Shown: piece by piece, positions 10,175 to 19,267 of the stretch
Position numbering within the stretch: position 1 is the first letter of the stretch
Layout of the letters: every line of letters starts with the position of its first letter
From: an uncultured Candidatus Saccharibacteria bacterium
Lineage (GTDB): Bacteria; Patescibacteriota; Minisyncoccia; Phycocordibacterales; CAIZLB01
Assembly (NCBI GenBank): GCA_964368945.1
Contig: CAYJDM010000001.1
Location: 106,849 to 170,848 of the forward strand
Length of the DNA stretch: 64,000 nucleotides
Reading direction: 5' to 3'
Made by a program: the position numbers and the translations under genes
The notes under the pieces: model-generated
What the model was told of the DNA's origin: nothing
Seen by the model: the letters and a program-made list of their open reading frames with translations, nothing else
Database searches by the model: none

Positions 10175-10375
10175 CTAAGTCCGCTTCTTGCTTTTCCTTG
10201 GCCGTTTGGGGTTTTTTGGATTTTCAATGCCATCCTCTCCTTCCAGTTTTTGGGTCAGGGAAGGAAGGAGTCCGAGGCCGATGATCTCATAGAGAGAGGC
10301 CGAAGGCAGCCTTTTGGGTTTCGTATTGCGTGAGGCCATGGCGAATGAACGGGGTTGGGTGTTGGTTTGATACAA
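10175..10375 (-). CDS. small basic protein, hypothetical
   Basis: 66-aa ORF followed on the minus strand by a 9-bp perfect hairpin (gaggccgcc/ggcggcctc at 10120-10148) and a T-run. Confidence 0.3.
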   Translation of the reverse strand: MYQTNTQPRSFAMASRNTKPKRLPSASLYEIIGLGLLPSLTQKLEGEDGIENPKNPKRPRKSKKRT

Positions 10376-10488
10376 TGCTGTATTGCGTATATACTATAAC
10401 ATAACTTATAGATAATTGCAAGTATCAGAATACATATTCGAGGTTTTTGCTAGTGATGCGCAATCGTGAAGTCAATTAAAATGCAGAT

Positions 10489-11184
10489 GTGAAATCCAAA
10501 TTTGCGCATCTGAAAGATGAGGTGATTGCATTGCGTAAGCAAGGTTTTTCTATTACTGCGATAGAGAAGCAGTTTGGAATTGCCAGGTCGACTCTAAGCG
10601 GTTGGTTTCGCAAGGTTGAGCTAACAGATGAGCAAAAGGCTGCATTGGCGCCAAAAGGAAAAAATCGATGGTCCGCAGCGAGCAGGGAAAAAGCAACAGA
10701 GTGGCACAATGCTCAAAAACAAAAACGTTTGAAAGAAGCAAGGGATTCCGCTCATGAGCGGATCATGGATATGGGTTATGTTGATAAAAACATGGTGGAG
10801 ATTGCTGTTGCGATGCTTTATCTTGGCGAAGGATCAAAAGATGAAAAGACTTCTCTCGGAAACTCAAATCCTGCAATTCTTCAATTTTTCGTGATCTCGT
10901 TGATAAAGATTTACAATGTGCCCATATCAGATATAAAATGCGAACTTCATTTGCGATATGACCAAGACGAATACGCTGAGAAAAGGTATTGGTCTGGGGT
11001 ATTGAAAATTCCAATGTCTAATTTTTTGACCGCTTCGTTTGATAAAAGGACCATTGGAAGACCGACAAGGGAAGGGTACCACGGGGTGTGTATCGTTCGC
11101 TGCGGGCGCATTGCCATCATGCGCAAATTGGTATATCTTAGTAACATGTTTTGTGGCATGGCCATGGAATTATTGGGCGATTAG
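10489..11184 (+). CDS. HTH-domain protein with LAGLIDADG-like homing-endonuclease core
   Basis: N-terminal helix-turn-helix (SITAIEKQFGIARSTLSGWF); central MLYLGEGSKDEK resembles the LAGLIDADG dodecapeptide and is followed by a roughly 100-aa core; the stop codon overlaps the first 10 nt of tRNA-Val. Confidence 0.45.
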   Translation: MKSKFAHLKDEVIALRKQGFSITAIEKQFGIARSTLSGWFRKVELTDEQKAALAPKGKNRWSAASREKATEWHNAQKQKRLKEARDSAHERIMDMGYVDKNMVEIAVAMLYLGEGSKDEKTSLGNSNPAILQFFVISLIKIYNVPISDIKCELHLRYDQDEYAEKRYWSGVLKIPMSNFLTASFDKRTIGRPTREGYHGVCIVRCGRIAIMRKLVYLSNMFCGMAMELLGD

Positions 11185-11247
11185 CTCATTTGGTAGAGCG
11201 CGCCGTTGACGTCGGCGAGGTGACAGGGTCAGAACCTGTATTGCCCA
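11175..11247 (+). tRNA. tRNA-Val (anticodon GAC)
   Basis: gggcgattagctcatttggtagagcgcgccgttGACgtcggcgaggtgacagggtcagaacctgtattgccca; T-stem acagg/cctgt; no encoded CCA. Confidence 0.85.
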
Positions 11248-11325
11248 CAAATAAATATACAAAAAAGAAGGGCCGCGGCACTGATGCCGTGGCCCTTCTT
11301 TTTTTATCCAAAATCCTTAGCTGGA

Positions 11326-12297
11326 CTACCTCTTGCTCACATACACATAGATATCCTCCAATGCCTTCACCGCATCTCCAGCCGCGATATTGTTCTGATG
11401 ATAGAGGCCATCGGTGCAATCGCCGGCAGACCAGATTCCGGGCTGCGATGTTGATTGCGTCCGGTGGTCTACCTTGATCTTATTGTATTCGTCTCGCTCG
11501 ACGAGATTGCCGATGAAATCAGTGTTTGGCAAGAGGCCGATTTCCACGAACACTCCCGTTGTCGGCAATTCTTTGACTTCGCCCGTGACGGTATTTTTGA
11601 CCCTGATGCCAGATACGAATGTATCGCCCGTAACTTCCTCGATGATGGTGTCGGTGAGGGAATTGACGTTTTCTTTTGCCAAAATCTTCTCCACGGTCAC
11701 GGGATCGGCTCGGTATGATCCGCTTCGATTGATGATGGTGACAGATTTGCAATATGCCGCGAGCTGCGCTGCGCTTTCGAATGCGGCATTTCCGCCGCCC
11801 ACAACGAATACGTCCTGATCAGAGAACATCGGACCATCGCATGTCGCGCAATACGTTACGCCCTTATGCTCGAACTTGTCAGCGCCGATAGCCTCGAGCT
11901 TTCTGCGCTTGCTGCCCGTTGCGATGAGGATTGCATGAGAAAGGAATGTCTCGGGTTCGGTCGCGCCTTTCTTGGCTGCGAGGCTGACCTTGAAGACATG
12001 TCCATCGACTTCGCCTGCTGCATTTTCTACAGGAAGCTTCTCTACAGACTGTACCCATGATCCGGTCTTGATATCCACAATATCGGCAGCGTACGCTCGG
12101 AGATGCGCTTCGAGGCTTTTTGCGAGATCGTTGCCTGAAATCTTGATCGTGCCGATCCAGTTCTCGATGCCTTCGGATACGATGCTCTGTCCGCCGAAAG
12201 ATTCAGTAAGGAAAAGCGTTTTCAATTTTTTTCGGCTGGCATAGACTCCGGCGGCGACTCCGGCCGGTCCTCCTCCAATGATGATCAAATCGTACAT
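11326..12297 (-). CDS. trxB: thioredoxin-disulfide reductase
   Basis: N-terminal FAD motif IIGGGPAGVAAGVY; redox-active CATCDG; 323 aa. Confidence 0.85.
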   Translation of the reverse strand: MYDLIIIGGGPAGVAAGVYASRKKLKTLFLTESFGGQSIVSEGIENWIGTIKISGNDLAKSLEAHLRAYAADIVDIKTGSWVQSVEKLPVENAAGEVDGHVFKVSLAAKKGATEPETFLSHAILIATGSKRRKLEAIGADKFEHKGVTYCATCDGPMFSDQDVFVVGGGNAAFESAAQLAAYCKSVTIINRSGSYRADPVTVEKILAKENVNSLTDTIIEEVTGDTFVSGIRVKNTVTGEVKELPTTGVFVEIGLLPNTDFIGNLVERDEYNKIKVDHRTQSTSQPGIWSAGDCTDGLYHQNNIAAGDAVKALEDIYVYVSKR

Positions 12298-12473
12298 AAT
12301 TTACTCGATTCGCTGATACATTTCTCTCCATCTAGCAGACGACGATGCATATATTGATCGGGGTATGCCGGCTGCTGAGGCTGGAGAGTAAATGTACAGC
12401 GAATCTCAAAAGGTTAAAATTCACACTGGCTAATAGGATATAAGTATACCAAGCCTGTCAAACATAGACACCG

Positions 12474-13076
12474 TTGACTCATCCGGCTTATACTTGTCTA
12501 TATATGAAAAACAAGCCGGCTCAGAAAGCGCGATCAGGTAAGGAGGCAAAGAATGTCAAAAAGGCCATAAAAACAGTCAGGGTCAATGACCAGTATCAGA
12601 CTGGCTATTCCTATACGCTCGTTGAGCCAATGGGCAAAAATTTCGATCCTGAATTCAAGCCCCAGCTGACTCCGAAGCAGATGCTCGCTTTGGGGATATT
12701 CGGCGGTCTGTATTTTTCAGATCGCACGAAAGAGCTTCCGGCCGACTGGTATGCGAAAGCAAAGCTTCAGCATTTGGGCATGAAGGCTGATCCGAAGCTG
12801 AATTTGTTCAAGATCAATGCAAGCCAGCCGCTCTCTGTATGGAAGAAAAATGGCTGGATCTACAAGGATGATCCTCGAGGCTGGTTCCAATGGTATTGCC
12901 GGTATTATATGGGTCGGCGGATTCCTGCAGAAGACGCGCGGCAGATCAAGCGCTGGAAGGCCATCAATCGGCATATTGCTCAGGTTTCTTATGCTTGCCA
13001 GCCGGGAGATATGTTCTGCAGGCCGAAACAGAAGCAGGCCATCCTTCATTGGGCATACGACGCGAGAAGGCTCTGA
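12474..13076 (+). CDS. conserved hypothetical protein
   Basis: 200-aa ORF with a W/Y/R-rich segment (GWFQWYCRYYMGRR); no family assigned by eye. Confidence 0.45.
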   Translation: MTHPAYTCLYMKNKPAQKARSGKEAKNVKKAIKTVRVNDQYQTGYSYTLVEPMGKNFDPEFKPQLTPKQMLALGIFGGLYFSDRTKELPADWYAKAKLQHLGMKADPKLNLFKINASQPLSVWKKNGWIYKDDPRGWFQWYCRYYMGRRIPAEDARQIKRWKAINRHIAQVSYACQPGDMFCRPKQKQAILHWAYDARRL

Positions 13077-13095
13077 TCCTCATTTATCGCAAATG

Positions 13096-13136
13096 CAAAA
13101 ATACCGCCGGCTCTGAGTCGGCGGTATTTTTTTTTG
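13096..13136. terminator. bidirectional intrinsic terminator between the 12474 gene and ftsZ
   Basis: Perfect 9-bp stem ataccgccg/cggcggtat flanked by an A-run and a T-run. Confidence 0.6.
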
Positions 13137-13243
13137 TATTTGTAATTTCTTATCATTCACTTATCCTCCAGCCTCAGCAGGCACGATTATATGACTCTCA
13201 CGCAACGTTGTCTGCTAGATGGAGGAAAGTGAAGGGTGAGAAA

Positions 13244-14593
13244 TTACTTCAACTTAGACCGTCGCAAAAACGCTGGAACCGCGCTCCAATCATCATTGTC
13301 CTGAGATTCGATAGGTGTTGTCTGGCCCTGAGATTGCTGTCCCTGATCCTGCTTCTTTTCATCAGACTTGCCAGCGAACTGCATTGTATTGAAGATCTTG
13401 CCCTGATTGTCTCTCTTCGAATCGTCCTGGCCCTGATTGTTTTGTGCAGACTGACCGAATTGCTGAGGCTGTGACTGCTGCTGGTATCCCTGGTTCTGGC
13501 CCTGATTCTGCTGAGCGCCATAGCCCTGGCCCTGATCGATGCTTCGAGGCTGCGCTTCGATTCGGCTGCCTCCTTCCTGTCGAGGGGCAAGCGCAGGCTG
13601 ATTGTCTCCAAAGATAGTCTTTCGGAGGAATTCGCCCTGAGGGAAGTTCGCAGCGATGACCGTGATTCGGATTTCATTCTTCTTGAGATGCTCGTCTCGA
13701 ACCGTACCGAAGATGATCTTGGCATTAGGATCGACAGAGTCCGTAATGACTTTGGCAGCCTCCTGGATTTCCCACATAGTGAGATCGTCGCCGCCGGCGA
13801 TAGAGAAGAGAACTCCCTTCGCTCCATGGATCGAAACGTCGATGAGAGGGGAGCTGATAGCGGCCTTTGCTGCTTCCTGCGCTCGGTTTTCTCCTGATGC
13901 AACTCCGACGCCCATCAATGCTGATCCGGCATTCTCGAGAACTGCTCGGATATCGGCGAAGTCGATGTTTCCAATGATACCTGGAGTGGTGATAAGGTCG
14001 GAGATTCCTTCGACAGCCTGCTTCAAGACCTCATCGCACATAGCGAAGGCATTCTTGGCCAATGTGTCTTTGGAAACAGCCGCGAGGATTTTATCATTTG
14101 GAATGACGACAAGGGCATCAACTGCTTTGCTCAATTCCTCAAGACCCTGCTCGGCCAGTCTCATTCGCTGCGGCCCTTCGAATGCGAATGGCTTTGTGAC
14201 GACAGCGACAGTCAATGCGCCCATTTCCTTTGCGATTCGTGCAACCACCGGTCCGGCACCTGTGCATGTTCCGCCTCCGAATCCTCCGGCGATGAAGACC
14301 ATATCTGAATTCTTCATCGCTTCCTGGATTTCTTCTTTAGTTTCTTCTGCGGCCCGCTTTCCGACCTCAGGGTTCATGCCCGCTCCGAGACCTCGTGTGA
14401 GATTTTTTCCAATATGAATCTTTCGCTTTGCGAGAGAGTGGTGAAGATCCTGCGCATCGGTATTGATAGAAATAAAGTCGATGCCCTTAACTTTGGCATT
14501 GACCATATGATTAATCGCATTCTTACCAGAACCACCGACTCCGATGGCTTTGATTCGCGCGAATGTTTCTACTTCTGTTTTTACCTGTGGCAT
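13244..14593 (-). CDS. ftsZ: cell division GTPase FtsZ
   Basis: IKAIGVGGSGKNAINHM; GGGTCTGAGPVVA (tubulin signature variant); Q/N-rich linker; C-terminal peptide DDWSAVPAFLRR. Confidence 0.9.
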   Translation of the reverse strand: MPQVKTEVETFARIKAIGVGGSGKNAINHMVNAKVKGIDFISINTDAQDLHHSLAKRKIHIGKNLTRGLGAGMNPEVGKRAAEETKEEIQEAMKNSDMVFIAGGFGGGTCTGAGPVVARIAKEMGALTVAVVTKPFAFEGPQRMRLAEQGLEELSKAVDALVVIPNDKILAAVSKDTLAKNAFAMCDEVLKQAVEGISDLITTPGIIGNIDFADIRAVLENAGSALMGVGVASGENRAQEAAKAAISSPLIDVSIHGAKGVLFSIAGGDDLTMWEIQEAAKVITDSVDPNAKIIFGTVRDEHLKKNEIRITVIAANFPQGEFLRKTIFGDNQPALAPRQEGGSRIEAQPRSIDQGQGYGAQQNQGQNQGYQQQSQPQQFGQSAQNNQGQDDSKRDNQGKIFNTMQFAGKSDEKKQDQGQQSQGQTTPIESQDNDDWSAVPAFLRRSKLK

Positions 14594-15049
14594 GTTGGTT
14601 TTCTTTGGAAAGGGTTAGTTGCGGATTAGATTGCGTATTGAGAGATGCGCTCTGAAAATTGCGATGACACAAGCGAAACCCATGGACTGCAAAATAGAGT
14701 CCATAAGTTTGGCAAGGAGCAACGCGACAGGTGGATCTCGTCGAGTACGGATGCAATTATATCATGTATTGCCTGCCTGGAAATAGGTTTTGGCGTTGAC
14801 ATTACGGTGGGTTTGTAGCTCTCTAGGGATAAAAGGGGAGGCAGGATTGCGTATGACGGCCCTATTAAGCCTTCGCAAAGTATTGGTAAAAAAACGCCGA
14901 TTCTTCATGGTCTCTTCATCGATTTGCGAGGATCGGAAGGTGTTTTAGGCAAAAAACCCTCCGAATTTCTTGAATATGCCTTGGATATATGCTGGAAATG
15001 CGCATTATTTATGCCTATTCTTTATCAATATTTAATGTAGAATTATCGT

Positions 15050-16054
15050 ATGAAAAAAAGCAGCACTCTTGCGAATTCTCGGGGATTTATCAGCCTCATT
15101 GGCCTGATGGTTCTCGTAGCGGTGATCGCGCTAGGAACGAGCGTCTATTTTTATAAAAAGAGCGCCCATGAAACCGACAAGGCGATATTCTCTGACAACT
15201 ATATCGAAAATGCATCTTCGACTCAGGGCAATGGCAATGCGACCGGGACTTCTGATACTTCCAACCCGGCGAAGCTCGCTCAGAAATGCGGATTGAAAAT
15301 CCTCAACCCAGCGATAGGAGCAACGGTCTCTTTCCCGCTTCAGGTCAAGGGCATTGTGGATAATAGGAATTACAAAGCGATCGGCTGCAGCTGGGGTCTA
15401 TTCGAGGGTCAGGCAGGTGCCGTCGAAGTCTTTGCAAATATAAACAACGCTGGATGGAAATCAGTCTCATATTGGGCAAGCAATTCGAATGGCCCTTCTG
15501 CCGGTTTCGTGCCTCTTATGTCTGAAGGGAACTGGATGACATCCGGCCCTGTCGATGTCAGAGCGAGCATCATGCTTGATCCAAAGGCAGGAAAAATTCC
15601 AGCAGGCACACCGATGAAGCTCGTTATCGAAGAGGAAGATCCGTCTGGAAAGGGCAGTGAAAGATTCGAAATCCCATTCACCTATAGCGGCGAGAATATG
15701 GAAACCACAATCCTCACTATTTTTAAGCCGTTCATGGACAGCCCGACTGATTGCGGTGAAGTATATCCTGCTGTTCGCATTATTCCAAAAACAATAGCGG
15801 TCGCTGATGCTTCAATGCGAATCCTCCTGGAAGAAAACGTTCCTGACATCAAAGCGTATTACAATGGCGTGACTATCAAGAACGGCGTGGCAATCGTCGA
15901 TTTCGACAAAGCGGCTCTTGGTCGTCTCAATTCTGCCGCATGCATGCAGGCATCAATAAAATCCCCAATCGAAAAGACCCTGAAGCAATTCCCGACAATC
16001 AAGAGCGTTGAGTATTCGATCGATGGCAAATTGTTCGATCAGTGGGATGCATAG
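15050..16054 (+). CDS. membrane-anchored Gmad2/GerMN-domain protein
   Basis: N-terminal TM anchor; C-terminal GerMN-like segment (NGVAIVDFDKAALGRLNSAACMQASIKSPIEKTLKQFPTIKSVEYSIDGKLF); opposite strand to the flanking ftsA and ftsZ. Confidence 0.6.
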   Translation: MKKSSTLANSRGFISLIGLMVLVAVIALGTSVYFYKKSAHETDKAIFSDNYIENASSTQGNGNATGTSDTSNPAKLAQKCGLKILNPAIGATVSFPLQVKGIVDNRNYKAIGCSWGLFEGQAGAVEVFANINNAGWKSVSYWASNSNGPSAGFVPLMSEGNWMTSGPVDVRASIMLDPKAGKIPAGTPMKLVIEEEDPSGKGSERFEIPFTYSGENMETTILTIFKPFMDSPTDCGEVYPAVRIIPKTIAVADASMRILLEENVPDIKAYYNGVTIKNGVAIVDFDKAALGRLNSAACMQASIKSPIEKTLKQFPTIKSVEYSIDGKLFDQWDA

Positions 16055-16087
16055 TCAGAATAGAGTGTGACCGCGCCTCCCATAGGA

Positions 16088-16131
16088 TAAAAAACTTACT
16101 GATGCGATTCCGCAGGCAGTAAGTTTTTTTC
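16088..16131. terminator. bidirectional terminator for the GerMN gene (+) and ftsA (-)
   Basis: Stem cttactg/cagtaag with an A-run upstream and T7 downstream. Confidence 0.6.
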
Positions 16132-16176
16132 TGTTTGATTCGCTGCCGAGGACTTAGCAGCAGAAGTTTCTTTATT

Positions 16177-17478
16177 CTATGGGAGGAACTGCTTGAGCCA
16201 ATTCCACAATCTCTTGAATAATTTGCCTATGATTCCGACAGTAGAGCCGGACTGCACGATGCCGCCTTCGTCTGCGCCGAGACCAACCATGGCGAGGCCA
16301 TATGCGACTGCCCATTCCGTATCCTGCTGGATGACTTTGAGATTGCCCTGAAGCTCGAGATTCGATTTCTTTGATGGGAGGTGGAGGGCGATCTTGGCAA
16401 ACTCTTCTATATTGGTAAGGGCAGCGCCTCCTCCCGTGAGGATTACGCCGGCAGGCAAGAGGCCGCTGCGATCGATTCGCTTGAGATGGTCATTGATGAG
16501 GTCAAAGATATCCGCGAGTCGGGCGATGATGATTTCGTCGAGCTTCTTTTTTGAATATGAAAAATCCGCAGCTTTGCCATTCGCGCCCATCTTGATCTGC
16601 TCCGCATCCTCGAGGCTGACCTTGAGGCCGAGCGCGATATCGTTGGTGATGTCATTCGAGCCGAAAGGGAAGACCTCAAGCGATATAGGGATATTGTTTT
16701 CAAAAACGATGATGGACGTCGTCTCGCAGCCGATATTGGCGAGAAGGCAGCCAGCGATCTTTTGCGTCTTATTGAGGGTGACGAAGCTTGATGCCATAGG
16801 GCCTGCGATGACATCGGTGATTTCGATATCAGCCTCCTCGCAGGCGAGAAGGATATCATTGAGATGATGCGCGAGGCATGTCATATATAAAACCCTCGCT
16901 TCGAGTCGCAATCCCTTCAGGCCTTGAGGCTTGCCCAGGACTTTTTTGCCATCGATCTTATATTCGAGCGGGATGGTATGAACGATCTTGCGATTCTGAA
17001 TATACTGATTCGGCAATTCCTTCTCGCTTTCCTCGATCGCGCGCTTCACATCGAGATCCGTGATCTCCGCATCGGCCTTCGTGGTATTGACGCTTGCGGT
17101 AGAAATGATGGCGCCAAGGCCGACTCCGCTGATCGATACATATGCGCGCTTGATGGAAACTCCGGCGCTTTTTTCCGCCTGAGCCACTGCCGTCTTTATG
17201 CTTTTGACCGTCTCCTTTAAATTCGTGATATAGCCATGTCGCATTCCGCGAGTCTCTGCTACGCCTCCGCCGATGACGCGAGGAAGGTTATCCGAAGGGC
17301 GAGAGCGCCGATCCTGCGATGACGTTTCAGCATTCCTATCAACAGCCATGGATCCTCCTGCGCGGCTCTGCTGCTCATTCTTTCGGGCAGTCCATGATTC
17401 TGCCGATTCAGCAACAATAACCTTCACCTGATTGGTTCCGATATCGATGCCGACAGAAAATGAGCGTCCCATTGCCAT
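16177..17478 (-). CDS. ftsA: cell division protein FtsA (actin-like ATPase)
   Basis: N-terminus SFSVGIDIGTNQVKVIVAE; Hsp70/actin-fold phosphate motifs; 433 aa. Confidence 0.85.
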   Translation of the reverse strand: MAMGRSFSVGIDIGTNQVKVIVAESAESWTARKNEQQSRAGGSMAVDRNAETSSQDRRSRPSDNLPRVIGGGVAETRGMRHGYITNLKETVKSIKTAVAQAEKSAGVSIKRAYVSISGVGLGAIISTASVNTTKADAEITDLDVKRAIEESEKELPNQYIQNRKIVHTIPLEYKIDGKKVLGKPQGLKGLRLEARVLYMTCLAHHLNDILLACEEADIEITDVIAGPMASSFVTLNKTQKIAGCLLANIGCETTSIIVFENNIPISLEVFPFGSNDITNDIALGLKVSLEDAEQIKMGANGKAADFSYSKKKLDEIIIARLADIFDLINDHLKRIDRSGLLPAGVILTGGGAALTNIEEFAKIALHLPSKKSNLELQGNLKVIQQDTEWAVAYGLAMVGLGADEGGIVQSGSTVGIIGKLFKRLWNWLKQFLP

Positions 17479-17632
17479 GATTAGATTTTTGTTGAAGCGG
17501 AAATGAAAAGTAGCGCTTTATGTATCGCTATTTTTCGTTTATTGTACCATTTTTTCCCTGACTATCAATAAATTGCCTGCGTGGATAAGTAATATATGCG
17601 CTGGTGATGCGTCATCATATAAACTTTCAAAC

Positions 17633-17667
17633 AAAAAACCCGCCCAAACAGGGAACCGGACGGGTTT
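17633..17667 (-). terminator. intrinsic terminator after the 17697-18437 gene
   Basis: Minus-strand hairpin acccg...cgggt followed by a U-run. Confidence 0.5.
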
Positions 17668-17696
17668 CTTGTCGTGGCGAGTGAACGCTTTGGTGG

Positions 17697-18437
17697 TTAT
17701 TCGTTGAATGCGAAGGGGCTTCTTGAGATGGCCGTGATGTCTGAAATTCTTGTGCGGCGCACGAGCGCAGCCTCGACATCCGTGATCCAACGCGCGGTCT
17801 GACCAGTGCCGTCTTCTGCATCGTATTGAATCGCGACTTGCACATACCTTCGGACTTGGACCAGATCAATCCATGCTGATCCCGTACCAGATAATGCCGC
17901 GCTGACCCAATCAGCCATGGCAAAGGCGGCATCAGGCATATCGATGTGTAATGTAGGCGTTATCTTGCACAATACGGTCGAATCTTCGAAGCTCAGATCG
18001 AATTCCTTCGGCGCGTCACTCGAACCACGGAGGGCCTCGAGCGCTGATCCGACGCCGGTATTCAGACTTGAGATACTCCGACTTTGTGCGGCATGCAAAC
18101 CCGCCGCCAAGGAAATTTCCAAGACGTGATGTCTGCATGTCGTGATTCTTCGGAGCACCACCTTCGTGACGAAGACGGTTTGATTTATCGGCGTTTTGAA
18201 TTTGGTGGCGAAAAGCGTACGGCCTCCGGAGTGGGGTTCCCATATTGCGATCGTGAGAAGGCGGCTCGGAGGTTTGGTTTGAGGGGCGAGGGGAGGGGCG
18301 GCTGGCGCAGGTAATGTTTGGCTCATATGAAGACAGGGTGGTCGGTTGGTGTTTGAGGGCGGCATCTGACATTCGGAACAGCCGAATGAAGCGATGTTTT
18401 CCGAAAATAAATTAACACGGATTGTTTCGTATGTCAA
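17697..18437 (-). CDS. hypothetical protein on a GC-rich segment
   Basis: 246-aa ORF immediately downstream of ybeY on the same strand, with its own terminator; no recognisable motif; local GC is higher than in neighbouring genes. Confidence 0.35.
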   Translation of the reverse strand: MTYETIRVNLFSENIASFGCSECQMPPSNTNRPPCLHMSQTLPAPAAPPLAPQTKPPSRLLTIAIWEPHSGGRTLFATKFKTPINQTVFVTKVVLRRITTCRHHVLEISLAAGLHAAQSRSISSLNTGVGSALEALRGSSDAPKEFDLSFEDSTVLCKITPTLHIDMPDAAFAMADWVSAALSGTGSAWIDLVQVRRYVQVAIQYDAEDGTGQTARWITDVEAALVRRTRISDITAISRSPFAFNE

Positions 18438-18439
18438 AA

Positions 18440-18967
18440 CTAAATGCCGAACTTTTTTCGCACTGAAATCTCAGCCTTCTCCATCTTTTCAGCGCTTTCA
18501 TTATCCTCATGGTCATGTCCCTTGAGGTGGAACAGACCGTGTATAAAAAGAAACTTCACATAATTATCGAATGTTCGTCCAAACTCCTTGGCCTTGATTC
18601 GCGCCTTCTCTGGATTGATAAAAATTTCACCTGAGCCATATTGGAGTTCGCTGGCATTTTTTTCTCCATGGCCGTGCCCATCATGCCCGTCATGATCGCA
18701 GTGATCATCATGCTCGTGATCATCGGCAGAATCGTCGATATGATCGTCGAGATCGAAGCTCAAAATATCCGTCGCATAATCCTTATTGCGATGCTGCTTA
18801 TTGAGGGCGCGCATGCGATCGGCGCCGACGAAGACGAGGCTGAGCTCATATCCTTTGCCCAAGACCTTCTCCTTGATATCACGAAAAAACACGCCATGTA
18901 TTTTAGGCGTGCCTTTTCGAAGCGTCGTGACTATCGATATCGAATCTGATTCAAACAAGATTTTCAT
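18440..18967 (-). CDS. ybeY: rRNA maturation endoribonuclease YbeY
   Basis: Metal-binding HGLFHLKGHDHE motif near the C-terminus; contains an unusual His/Asp-rich insertion (DDHIDDSADDHEHDDHCDHDGHDGHGHGE). Confidence 0.8.
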   Translation of the reverse strand: MKILFESDSISIVTTLRKGTPKIHGVFFRDIKEKVLGKGYELSLVFVGADRMRALNKQHRNKDYATDILSFDLDDHIDDSADDHEHDDHCDHDGHDGHGHGEKNASELQYGSGEIFINPEKARIKAKEFGRTFDNYVKFLFIHGLFHLKGHDHEDNESAEKMEKAEISVRKKFGI

Positions 18968-19005
18968 TTAAATAAAATTCAAAACGAATGGCGCTTTTGA
19001 GGATC

Positions 19006-19254
19006 TTATCGACCTCCTCCCTTTCGAGTCTTTCGGACGAGCTTGCCGAGCTTGGCTAGCTTTTCCATATTGTTCTTTCGCTCGAGCATCTCGAGGGTAT
19101 TCATCTTCGTCTTGTAATGAGAAAGCACTCGCTTCGCATCTCGAAGTGATCGTACTCGCTGCGTAACGCCAGAATCCTGCATTCGCTTGGTGAATCGGCG
19201 AAGAAGGGAAGAGGCGCTCTCGTTTGGGTTCTTTTCTACTGCTACGTTTATCAT
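19006..19254 (-). CDS. rpsU: 30S ribosomal protein S21 (probable)
   Basis: 82 aa, basic; N-terminal pattern INVAVEKNPNES..LLRRFTKRMQDSGV resembles the S21 V.V..NE....ALRRFKR...GV signature. Confidence 0.5.
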   Translation of the reverse strand: MINVAVEKNPNESASSLLRRFTKRMQDSGVTQRVRSLRDAKRVLSHYKTKMNTLEMLERKNNMEKLAKLGKLVRKTRKGGGR

Positions 19255-19267
19255 GCGGAGTACTTTA

